Of a stretch of DNA of 64,000 nt, positions 12,605 through 25,100 are shown piece by piece. Location of the stretch: assembly GCF_036588685.1 (NCBI RefSeq), contig NC_086374.1, positions 4,092,001 through 4,156,000 on the forward strand, in the 5' to 3' direction. Numbering within the stretch: position 1 is the first letter of the stretch; the number at the start of each line of letters is the position of its first letter. The translations under genes were made by a program, and so were the position numbers. The DNA is from Mytilus trossulus (taxonomy: Eukaryota). Below the pieces are notes generated by a model. It did no database searches and was not told the DNA's origin. It was given only the letters and a program-made list of their open reading frames with translations.

Positions 12605-13262
12605 AGGATACAGTTAAGTCGTCCTTATATCTTGACTTACATCTACAAATTGATACTGAGGGTCGGTTGAAAACACAACTTTACGACAAAAGAGATGATT
12701 TCAGCTTTCCAATTGTGAGTTGTGTAGCAACATTCCAGCAGCACCCGATACGGCGTATCTATCTCCCATTTGATACGATATTCCTAGGCTTGTTTTTCCT
12801 GATTTTCTTGATAGAGGGTAACTGCTCACAAGGAAGCTATTTCATCAAGAGTACCAAATGGTGAATTGAAATCATCCCTTCGTAAATTTTACGGACGCCA
12901 TCACGAGTGGGTTGACCGTTATGGAATAATCGGTTCACAAATGATATCGGATATGTTCCTTACGTCGTAACTACAATCCCCTCCCCGTCATGAATGTGAC
13001 CTACCGAATTAGACTATTTACCAGATTTTGTTATCACATAAGCAACACGACGGTTGTCAAATGTGGAGCAGGATCTGCTTACCCTTCCGGAGAACCTGAG
13101 ATCATCCCTAGTGTTTGGTGGGGTTCGTGTTGCTTATTCTTTAGATTTCCATGTTATGTCATGTGTACTGTTGTTTGTCTTTTTCATTTGTACCCATGGC
13201 GTTGTCAGTTTATTTTCGATTTATGAGTTTGACTGTCCCTCTGGTATCTTTCGTCCCTCTTT
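12605..13262 (+). mobile_element. Decayed Penelope-like RT C-terminal region plus an abundant 3' repeat
   Basis: YLDLHLQIDTEGRLKTQLYDKRDDFSFPIV and, after frameshifts, LKSSLRKFYGRHHEWVDRYG; the downstream tgtggagcaggatctgcttacccttccgg repeat also occurs inverted at ~46155-46365 and partly at ~61615-61753. Confidence 0.7.
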
Positions 13263-13564
13263 CATCAATCTGTGTTTCCACATGATTGTCTAACTCTTTC
13301 GCCACACAATTTTATAAATTATGTAATTTGTGCATGAGGGATGTTTATGACGGAAGATATTTGATAATAATTAATAACACTGTAAAATAAAGTCGTGTCT
13401 TCTGATTTCCTATATGTCAAATGTGCATGTACTCAAAACGAAGTACATCTTCATTTTAAAATTTCCGTATGATATTTTTCCAAGAACATATTTTTCTTAT
13501 GTAAGATATTACCATATAAGGATGCATAAAATAACACTTCAGAAAATAAACTCAATAGACAGAC

Positions 13565-13635
13565 ATGATGAGTCTTATGTAGACGAAACGCGCGTCTGGC
13601 GTATAACATTATAATCCTGGTACATTTGATAACTA
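13565..13635 (+). ncRNA. Truncated hammerhead/retrozyme copy (core starts ATGATGA, 5' stem I lost)
   Basis: atgatgagtcttatgtagacgaaacgcgcgtctggcgt. Confidence 0.65.
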
Positions 13636-13822
13636 TGCACAGAGATATATTCTATAATTCAGTTGAAGTTGAAAAAGAAACAACGTAAAAAAGTACATTC
13701 GACAATTATAGACCATTTGACAATTTTTACAAAAGTTACAATAATATTTTTTAGAAAATATTTGATTGCAACTGCGTTTTTATTCAATTTCAAGAGCACA
13801 GATCTTTCAGCACAGCTACAAA

Positions 13823-16800
13823 ATGATTTCACGACAGAAAGTTATAATTGGAGGTTTGAAACAGTTTCAATTTTTCCGTCAAATACAGCGTCATTCAAGT
13901 CATACAACATCCCCTGTTAAGAGGTAAGTAATGAATTCGGTAATTTTTAATTTAATTTTTAAGTTTAATTCTAGTTTAATTTGAATAATAATAAAATGGA
14001 TTATAGCTCCAATTAAAGTAAAAAACGCTCTTTTTTTAAGAACTGTTTCATTTATGGACATTTCTAATTGCAACCCACCTGGAATACAGTACTGTGGTGT
14101 TGTAACTTACCTCACACAATGTAAACAGTTTCTATCTGAATTCTTTTATTGTGATAAATACAAGTTTGAAAGTATAAAAAAAGGACAATAACAAACAAAT
14201 AACCTGGAATCAGCAGACAAGACTGAAGAAAAATAGACGGAGAATGATGAGCACAAAAAAACCCAGTCCTATTTGCTATTATCAGTTAAGGAGCGAAATT
14301 TGAAAAACAATTTTCCACTATTAATTTGTATGATTTATTTTTTTCCTTATTGAGGTATAATATATTTTGCAGAATTGCTGCACATCCAACATTTAGTTGT
14401 CCATATTTGGGATCACTTCCGGTTCAACAAGATGACTACTGCAAAGATTTTTATATGGAGATAGTAAATGGCAGTTTAGAATCTGCCTACAAGAAATATG
14501 GCCCTAGTACATGTTTGGAAGGAAATCAAGTTAAACAAGGATTATCAGGAAAATCTGTTCTGATTATTGGAGCTGGTGTGTCTGGACTTTCAGCAGCTTT
14601 TGAATTGGAAAAAGTTGGACACAGTGTAAGATTTGATATCATTAGTTAGGTTGTCATTATGTCTTTTATAATTCAATTCAATTCAATATTTTATTGCCAT
14701 GTAAAGTTTACAGTTTGTGACATACTTAGTATAACAAAACAAACGAAGACAATAACTTAGTAACTCAATATATATATATAGGTTCAAGTAAATATTAAAG
14801 GGTCCCCTGTCCTCAGTTCTATTGACTTTTTGATAAAGGATCTTAGTTTATTCACTTGTTTTGGTGTTGATGGGTTAAGTATATATATAACTTTGTCATT
14901 GTCAGTGAGCTTACATTTTTCAGACACAAATACTTGAGTTGCAACACAGAGTAGGCGGAAGAACAAAGACTCTTCGTGGTGGATTCTCAGATGGCCTGCA
15001 TGCTGAAGGTAAATTTATGCCCAATATTTTTACATCGGATTATATGCAATACATATGTGTCCCCTACATGTTTTGTCGTATTTATGGTTGCATGAATGCA
15101 TTGACAAACAGAGTCGAATGAAGTACATTGGTTTATCAGGTCAAAATTTTATCTTCATTTGTTTATATATTCTTTTGATGTAAACAACTATGATTCATTA
15201 CCAATGTTCGTGTTACATTTGTCACCTGTCTACATGCCAATTTAATCACATATTTAAAGTCTTCTCAAACAGAATTGTCTTTCAGAAGACAAATATTACT
15301 AAAAATAATTCCTGTTTTCTGGAAAGCTTAAATTAGTATGCTATGGAATTCGTAGATCATCAATTGTAAATGCAAACTCACAGATACTAGTTAATTTAGA
15401 CCATTTGAAGCCAAAAGTTTACCTACTTAGTAGGTAAACTTTTGGCTTCAAATGGTCTAAATATATTTGTCTTTCACAAAAAGTTTAAATATCTTCAAAT
15501 TTGTTAGTTATTTCAAGGAGGTTATATGATGATCTCATATAACCTCCTTGGTAATTTTAAGTAAACAATGACACCAAAAGCATAATTTTGTATCAGAGTG
15601 GGGCTACTTAAGTATAGTTCTAAATTCGAGGGAGTGAATTGGTTGTCTCGCGCTTGTTTCGGTTATTGTTAGTTAAGGGCGCATGGCAAAACTATTTAGA
15701 TTGACTCGTGGAAGGTATCAGGGAATATATAATTTCATATTCAGGTGGAGCAATGAGAATTCCACCAAATCACTACCTGACGAATGGGTACATACAGAAA
15801 TTCGGCATCCCTGTCCGCCCCTTCATCAACTCAAACGATAATACCTGGCTTTACCTCGATGGAGAAGGTAAAATCCGAACAAAAGGTAATAGTATCTACT
15901 TATTATTAATCACAATGTTTGTTCAATCAGTTATTACGACGAGCATGTCAGCGAAAACAAATTTAACCAACAGGTGATGCAGTTGACAGTCATTTGTGGA
16001 ATAAAATAATCTCGTCTCTCATTTAGATATTTCACTGATGTTCAAGCAAGTCATATCTTCAGATGATCTATAATGACTACAATTGTTTCCGTGAAAAATA
16101 ATTGTTATGTATATTTTTAATATAGATTTATAGTCGACGTTTCAGTGTTTATTTTTATTCTGTCTTTCTACTAGACATAAAGACGTTATCTGTTCTTTTT
16201 CGCGAAGGTGAATTATTTTCCCCTGCATTGCGTTCCTTAAACTGAAAAAAAACATTATCAAAAGATCACATACACGAAACTGTGCATACAATTAAAAATC
16301 TTGAAAATACTGAACTCCGAGGAAAATTCACAACGGAAAGTCCAAAATCAAAGGAAAATCAAAAGCTCAAACGAATGAAAAACAACTGTCAAATTCATGC
16401 CTTGGTACAGGCATTTTCTTTTGTAGAAAAAAGTAGATTAAACCTTGCTTTATAGCCAACAAAACCTCTCACTTGCATGACAGTCGCATTAAATTCATGA
16501 TATATATCATCCCTAAAAAAACCCACCTAATTACATACTTAATGTGGATTTTTTTTTCAGAATGGAATAAAAACAATCAATTTTACTCAACGAAGTTTTT
16601 TCCTGGATGGGACTCTCACCTGCAATCTGATATACGTCCAAATGTAGACGGCATAAGTAAGATTGTATGTCCAAATGTAGACGGCATAAGTAAGGTTTTA
16701 TGTCCAAATGTAGACAGCATAAGTAAGGTTTTATATCCAAATGTAGACGGCATAAGTAATGTTTTATGTCCAAATGTAGACGGCATAAGTAAGGTTTCAT

Positions 16801-19162
16801 GTCAAAATGTAGACGGCATAAGTAAGGTTTCATGTCAAAATGTAGACGGCATAAGTAAGATTTCATGTCCAAATGTAGATGGCATAAGTAAGATTTTATG
16901 TCCAAATGTAGACGGCATAAGTAAGATTTTATGTCCAAATGTAGACGGCATAAGTAAGGTTTTATGTCCAAATGTAGACGGCATAAGTAAGGTTTTATGT
17001 CCAAATGTAGATGGCATAAGTAAGATTTTATGTCCAAATGTAGATGGCATAAGTAAGGTTTGTTCTCCTCTTATATTAAATGTGTTTCCCTCAGTTTTAG
17101 TTTGTTACACCGATTTTTTTTGTCCATAGATTTACGAGTTTTTAACAACGGTATACTACTGTTGCCTTTATTTATCTCCAAATGTAGACGGCATAAGTAA
17201 GATTTTATGTTCAAATGTAGACGGCATAAGTAAGGTTTTTATGTCCAAATGAAGACGGCATAAGTAACGTTTTATATTAGTATGTCTTCAATTAAATATG
17301 ATGTACAGTTTTAAATCTAGTTTCAATTTAATCTTGTAATAAATCCAATTTTATCAGTGAATAGATTCATGACTTTGCATTTAACATGTATTTATTATTT
17401 CTTTGATTCCATGCAACATATTTTCCTTTTCCCTTTTGTACCTCCAACATATGTCAGTAGTTGTTGTATGACCATTCTACATTGTAGTGGATTTATATAA
17501 GCGTACAATTGAACCCGTAAAAGAGGATTTGTTTTCCCTGATCAAAGAAAAGGGGCCACAGGAAGGTTGGAAATGTTGGGTAGAAAAGTGGAGCAAGTTA
17601 TCTGTAGATGATTTTCTCAGAACAAATATAAACTCTGACTTATGCTCTGCTTATCGACCATGGCCAGAAGCAGCTATAAGAGGATTGCAGGTGATTAGAA
17701 AATCTCATTAAAACTATATGAAACAATACCAAATGTTATTTGGCCTTTTTAATTTTTTTGGATTCGAGCGTCTGGCGTATATACTAAATTCTGATATCTA
17801 TGATTAGTTTATTTACAATTCATCAGTTTTCTTGGTTTTATTTATAAACCACGAATATCCTGTTGTTCATTTCAAATGAACGAGAAAAGATAAGACGGTG
17901 GATGAAAAACACTTTTCACAACAGAAATGCCAGTAATCGTTTAACTCTTTAAATAGATAAGAAAAAATCAATCTGAAGAAAAAGCAGACGTGTGTCTGTG
18001 TGCAAAACTTGTTTCATATAATTATTCTGTGAAAAACATGAAAAGTTGCAATGCCAAATAAGTTCGTCTGTCTCTAAAATGAACCCGAACTTTTTTTATC
18101 ATATAGTTGCTATACAATAAACAAAAGTCATAATATCAATCATCTTAATAGGAAAGAATATCTGATTGGATAATTTGATAATATTAAAAAGAAGATGTGG
18201 TATGATTGTCAATCAGACAACTCTTTACATGAGACCAAATGACACAGAAAGCTTACTTGTATTGATGACTAGGGTATATATTTTAGATTTCAACATACAG
18301 CCCTGCCTTTGGAACAAGTTTAGTTGAATACCTAAGAGATGATTTAGGTGAATGGTGGACAGATCGTCTTCATACCCCAGTCGATGGTATGGATACCATA
18401 GCCAAGAATTTTATTAAACCTCAACACACAAGTATAGAAAACACCACTGATTTAGCAAAACGAATAAAATTTGGTGCTAATGTACGAAGCGTCAAAAGAA
18501 ACCTGGAAAATAAAGTTGAAGTAACTGCACGTAATGTCGTGACAGGGACAGATCATATTTACACAGCCGATGCCGTTATTATTACAGTTCCATTGACAAT
18601 ACTCCGACAGATGGACATAGACCTTGCAGAGGATTGTCGTAAAGCTATAGGTAACATCCATTATCAACCATCAACCAAAGTGGTTCTTCAGTGCAAGAGC
18701 AGATTCTGGGAGAAAGAAGTTGGTCAAGGAGGATTCTCCAAAACTGATTTACCAATTGGACAGTTACACTACCCCAGTCCTAATGATCCACGTATACCAA
18801 ACGGGAGAGGTCTTTTGGTTTGCTATACATGGGAGCAAGATGCCTTGATCTTTGGGTCACAATCAGAAACTGAAGCAGTTGAAAGTGCAGTTCGAGAAAT
18901 CACTAAAATACATCCTGAAATGAAGAATGAATTTGAGGTTGGAATGGTTCAAGCGTGGTTCAATGATAATTCAGCACAAGGAGCGTACGCCAGTCTCCTA
19001 CCAAACCAATATAACAGTGGAATGAAAACTCTGATGACACCAGATCATCCTATCTATCTCGCTGGTGAAGCTATATCATACACCAACGGGTGGATACAAG
19101 GGGCCATAGAATCTGGCCTTAATGCTGCTTATCATCTGTACTGCAATGGTCAAAAATCATAA
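13823..19162 (+). CDS. Flavin monoamine oxidase family / L-amino-acid oxidase-like protein, 7 exons, ~584 aa
   Basis: Exons 13823-13923, 14373-14625, 14924-15008, 15745-15885, 16561-16656, 17488-17690, 18287-19162 with GT-AG and consistent phases (1755 nt); FAD motif IIGAGVSGLSAA, RVGGR, EGGAMRIP, C-terminal LAGE..GWIQGAIESG. Exon 1 is the least certain. Confidence 0.9.
15394..15462. repeat. Perfect palindrome, 34-bp arms with 1-nt spacer
   Basis: atttagaccatttgaagccaaaagtttacctact-t-agtaggtaaacttttggcttcaaatggtctaaat. Confidence 0.9.
16636..17275 (+). repeat. 33-bp minisatellite derived from the exon 5/intron 5 junction (13 copies, an inserted repeat, then 3 copies)
   Basis: Unit gtccaaatgtagacggcataa|gtaaggttttat, reading PNVDGISKVLC. 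Confidence 0.95.
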
Positions 19163-20624
19163 ATGCATAACTTTCTATGCTTCATGTATATTTATAACTA
19201 AATTTAAAATGTTATGAGAACACTATCAGATGTCAGTGTACTTATTATTGTCATATAATATAAATGTTGTTAATCAATCATTCATACTTTTACATTTAGT
19301 TGGAATAAAAATGTGCTAGTTTACCACAACACTTAAGTGTGGAATAACTCATACGTTAAAATCCAGTATGCGATATGAGCACTGCATTTACATAATTCTC
19401 AGCAGGGCCCCAAACCAGAACAGTTATAAAATCGAACAGCATTGAAAGCGATAAATTCCAAAACAAGTAAGCCAATTCTAGTTGAGACTATATATGCCTG
19501 AGAGTAGATAAACCAGCGTGTTTCGAATACTTGTGACATTTCATTAACAATAAAACAGAAAATGATTTATCATTCGTTTTTCATATTAGCACAGAGCGCT
19601 TATATAGAGACCAATGTCATAAAGCTTATTGAACAGACAAATGCACTCCACAAAAAACCTATATACCAAATAATGTTGACCTGTTCCGAGGAACAGACAA
19701 TTTGAGCATTTGAAGTCGAAGCCACCTAACATATCACAGAAGGCATAAACTTGATAGGGCAATAGTCACAAGAAAAGAAAAAGAATTGAAGGCTTCTTTT
19801 TGTAATTTAATTTCGGTGTAAAATTGTTGACAGCACTAAAGTGTGCACACGATGAGGGAGGGCTTTTTGAAGGTTAATTTTATTAGACAATTTCCAAACG
19901 ATGTGAAGTTCAATCTATTTATATTTCTTATTATGCTTATCAAAATTTACTATACCTGTAGGGTATCTTTAAAGGGATCATTTGTAACTCGCTTTTTTTT
20001 TCGCACACCCAGATTTGTACTTTTTCAAAAAAAAAAATTATAACAACTCTGCATTTTATGGGTCACCCTTGGTCGACAAATATTTCAAAATCTGAATGCT
20101 CAATAAAAAGAAGTCCAAATTCATCACCAGACCTTATATTAAATTTCTTCCACAAGCCAACCAACACATATTAAGAAAATAAATTTAATAAAAATAATTG
20201 TCCAACTTATCACTAGAGCTGGTACATGTCATCTTCCCAATGATGATCAAGTTGTATTTCAAAGTCATCAACGATCTTTTTAGACAGAATTATTTCAGGA
20301 AAACTGTTCCACTCGTTTATATTTTATAATTGGGGAAAATGTCTTAAACGAAATAAGGAATTACATAGAGGCTTTATAAGTTGGCAGCCTTATAAATTTA
20401 AAGCTTTGACTACGTGAATTGGAAGTAAAAACAGTCAAAACAATCTTTCATGTGATATATCTTATAATGAGTCTTTTGACTACAAAACACCACAGATCAC
20501 CCAAAATATACCACAGAACTTCGAAATAATAATATTTGTGACTTAATAATTGTTGTAATTGCTAAAAAGTTCTTTCTATCATTTGACTTTCCAAAAGTTC
20601 CACAGGCACTTGTCTCAGAATATT

Positions 20625-21028
20625 TGAGTGCCCCACCTACGATAGTAGAGGGCATAATGTTTCCTGGTCTGTGCGTCCGTTCGTTTGTCTGTCAAGTTTT
20701 TGGTCTAGGTAGTTTTTGATGAAGTTGACGTCCAATCAACTTGAAATTTGTATACATCTTGGTATACACGCTCCCTATACTATGATTTTCTAATTGTCAT
20801 GCAAAATTAGTTTTTTGACACCAATTTCATGGTTCACTGGACATAGAAAACGAAAGTGCAAGTTTCAAGATAAAGTTTTTGGTCAAATCAACTTGAAACT
20901 TACTATACATGTTCCCTATGCTATGAGCTTTCTTATTTTAATGCCAAACCCCAATTTCACGGTCCACCCAACACAGAAAATTATAGTGTGAGTGGGGCAT
21001 CCATGTACTATGTACACATTCTTGTTTT
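20625..21028. mobile_element. Helentron/DINE-like non-autonomous element
   Basis: gtccgttcgt-type microsatellite near one end and a short terminal hairpin before ttcttgttt; related inverted copies at ~22540-22722 and ~22920-23175. Confidence 0.55.
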
Positions 21029-22169
21029 CTATATAACTTAATATAACTACCTTAATACAACAATGATTGGATTGTAAGAATGTTATGTGGATAAATTAAT
21101 CAGGTTTCAAGAGCTAAATTGATAGGGTATTATCCAAACTATCTTCTTTACAGCTTCCATTTTCATGTTTGAATAAAATTGGTGGCGTAATGGGGAGATA
21201 AATTCTAAATTTGAGAAAAACTTTAATGGTCGTACCTTGACCTATAATGGTTTACTTTTATAAAATTCCAGGTGAAAACTGGTCATTTTCGCAATTTCAG
21301 TGGTTTTCAATGACATGTGATCCCTCAGAATTGTAAAAAATGTCAGGTCACATCCGCAGAATAAGGATCAGTTGATAGGCAAGACAAAGCAAAAGAAAGT
21401 CCATGTACGGTATTATCTTAGCCATTCAAGTATATAAACATATTCAGGGGAAAAAAACATGATGAATTAACAAATCAATTTATTTAGGTAAGTTAGAGTC
21501 ATAACTCTTGAACAGTAAATGTCAAAACCATCAAATCTGAATAAAATCTGTATCTCTGATATCATGCTCAATTTGATAAAATTGGCATAGTGTTATTTTA
21601 ATCATTGAACAGACAGGAAACAGACAGTCAACGTCTAACAGATAGACATGTGCTCTTCTTTGATGTAGTAGTTTCGAAATATATGTGTATTTACTCATTG
21701 TCAACAATTCTATGTTCTGTGTTTTTTTCCAAAAGCTTTCCATGTGGCTAGTAGGAGTACTTTTTACCTTTATTGTCTTATATAAAAAATAGAAAACTAC
21801 ATGTTTAATAACAGTCTACATAATTTTATTTAGAAAAATGACTAAATTTAGCTACAACTTAGCTGAACATGCTTGAAACCTAATTCACCATATAATAGAA
21901 TGAAGACATTGTAATAACTTGGATGAAAACAAGACAAATGTGACATTTGAGAGTGGAGCCACACTTTCGTTTCTAATTCCTGCAAAGCTAAATCAATTAG
22001 CTCCTTCTTCAGTCTTGTATTCCATAAGATATTTCCAACACAAAAATTCTTCTTAGTCATGTATTCCATGATATTTCCAACATAACAATTCTTCTTTATA
22101 ATTGTTTTCTACACAAGTGCCGCTTCATAAAAAGTCTTAATGATAAACATGTTTTAAACATGGTGATTA

Positions 22170-25100
22170 TCATCTTTCACTGGCAGTTAATTTGTCTTTT
22201 ATAGAAGTGTGTAAAGTCTGCTGCATTGCTGGATAAATCTTCTGACAAGCTTCAACACAACTTGACATTGCCTGAAATAGTTAAACAATAACATGAATTT
22301 GGCATTAAACATACCTGCCAACTGTCACTATTTGCGGGGGATTTCCCCCATGGAGGCTCCCAAATTGAAATTTTAAATATTACAATTAATTCTATAATGA
22401 CATTAGGCTTGTAAAAGTATAAAGAAGCCAAAAAACAAATTAAAATTGTATTTGAAGGCCCCCTTGAAGGTTTTTTAGGACTATGACAGCCATCTTGCAC
22501 GCAAAACCCCCATGGGCATTTTGAAATGTTGGCAGGTATGATGAAATTGGAAAGATCATATCATGGTTACTAAGTTTCAAGTTGATTGGATTTCAACTAC
22601 CTTGTCAGACCAAAAACTTTAACCTGAACCTTGACTAAAAACTTTAAAACTGAAGCTGAACAGACGGAAGGGCGGATGCACTGACCGCTAAAAACATTAT
22701 GCCCCTTGTTGGGGCATAAAAAATGTTTACATGTATATGTCTTTAAGGCAGAACAGTACTGTGACTAATAGACAAAACATTTCCAGCAAACAATAAAAAC
22801 ATATTTATGAGCAATATAAATAAGTTTGAATTGCTCAAAATGATAATTTGGTATTAAAATTAATTAATTGGTTAATTTTTGGTTGCTTTATGTCCAGTGG
22901 CAATGGTATTTTATATAAAAACAAGAATGTGTCCCTAGTATACTGATGCCCCATCTGCATTATCATTTTTTCATGTTCAGTGGACCCTGAAAATTGGGGA
23001 AAATCTCTAATTTGGCAAGTTTCAAGTTGATTGGATTTCAACTTCATCAAAATCTACCTGAACCAACCAAAAACTTTAACCTGAAGCAGAAGGAAAGGAC
23101 AGATGAATGGACAAACGAACGCACAGACGGATGCCGCACAAGAAAACATAATGGCCATACATAGGGCATAAAAAATGGGCCATTAAAGGGATTCATATCA
23201 TAATAAATATGTGTACCACGACTTCATGAAAAACTACCTTAACAAAAACTTAAACCTGATATGGGATTAATTTAAAGCTGACTCATAAAATGTTCATTCA
23301 AGTGCAAGGGCTGTGTTTCCATGAAAAGTTGAACATATTAAACCAAAGGTAAACTTACTAGATCTATAACTTACCATTAATTATTAAATTCATAATGAGT
23401 AATGATAGGATTATGTTTGATATCAACTAAAGTTTTCAATTTCAATGTAATAATAACAAATGAACCTTTGTTATTCTTGTTTTGACTCTACACAGTTTGA
23501 TGTTATATGTCTACTTCCTATGTCAATCGTTCCCATCAAAAGATTTTAGGCGTTTTGTATGCTTCATAATGAAATCAAGTTTGACAAAAAGAAGATAATG
23601 TATTTTAATCAGATTTCTAAGGTCACAATAATAAAATACAGCCAATTTTGTAACTCATAATTACCCACTTAGGACCAAAATTCAACTAATATAAGTAAAA
23701 TCGAGAAAGGAAATGGTGAATATGTCAAAGCGACAACCACCCGACCATAGAGCAAACAACAGCCGAAGGCAACCAATGGGTCTTCAATGTAGCGAGAATT
23801 CCCGCGAGAAGTACTTTATTGAGTACGAAAGTCTTGACTACTGCTGAATTTCAAATAGACAGAATAATGGATGATGATAACAATATGTCTAAGTAACTGA
23901 GTGAGGGGGACATACAAATGTTTCAAACTCCTTAATTCACAACAGATACTTACTCTTTTAAGAAAGTCAATCTGAATTTCTCCTTTAGATGTTATAGCAG
24001 ATATCTGATTTAATGAAGGCATAAATCCTATTGTTATACTACCATGATTTAGTTCTTTACTATTCTACAAATATAATAACAAAGTTAAATATTACGTAGA
24101 TTGAATTCTAATGCTCAACTTTAATAATTTACACAGAAGACTGGACATTGTTCTACCTAGTTTATTCATATCACCCAACTAGAGATAATAACTACCTTTT
24201 CCAATCAAAGAGATAATTACTACTTTTGGCAATCAAATGTACATAGAATGGTACTGCAAATATTTTAAATACCTATTTGTTCCATATATATAACAACATG
24301 CCAAACAGCCTTTGAATGCAACACTATGTCTCATAATATAAATATGAAAAGTTCAAAAAGGGTAGTTAGAACCCTGTGTCTTGCCAGTGAATGGTTCTGT
24401 CAGTGAAAAATTGTAATGTTGACATCCAAAAATGTCCAATTATAGGTTAAATAGGGAAACGCCTTTAAATTTTCTATTTCTTTATTTTGAAGAAATTCTG
24501 TCAAACTATTGTAACAGCTCATGAAGATTTCACAAAGTTATTGAAAAAAATTAATCACAGACTGTATGTAAAAGTTTATTGCAAAATAATTTGTCCAATC
24601 TGTAAAATAAAGGAAAATAATTCCTATGTTTTCCATACCTGTGAAGTCATGGGGCAAAAAATTGCCAGTAACTACCAAATATAACAAAAAGACAACAATC
24701 CTTTGCAGCTTACCTGACTGTCATATTCTTCATTGACTGTAGGATCTGTTAGAACTTTGTCTTCATGAATTTTCTGCAATAAAGATGACAATAAAAATCT
24801 ATCATATAATATCATTAGGGAGCCAATGTTTCAGTAGACAATTCAAATATCACATTTAAGGCAATGTTTTCACAGCTCTTTCTCTGTGTCTTGCTGTAAC
24901 CATGACTATAAGACAGGTGCCAGATTATTCTTACAAAAACATACTCTTGACCTGGTATGACAGAAATATCAATTCATTGTGTTCATCAAGTATATCAGAC
25001 TGGAAAAAATGTCAAACATTACAACCTCTCTCAGTCAAGCTGCTGATCAAATATGAAGTTTTGTTTTTCACTTTTATAGATTTTTGGTAGAAAACTGCAA

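Noticed and set aside
16473-17129. 218-aa, 168-aa and 71-aa repetitive ORFs as independent genes
   Set aside because: They result from a stop-free 33-bp minisatellite; only 16561-16656 is supported as an exon
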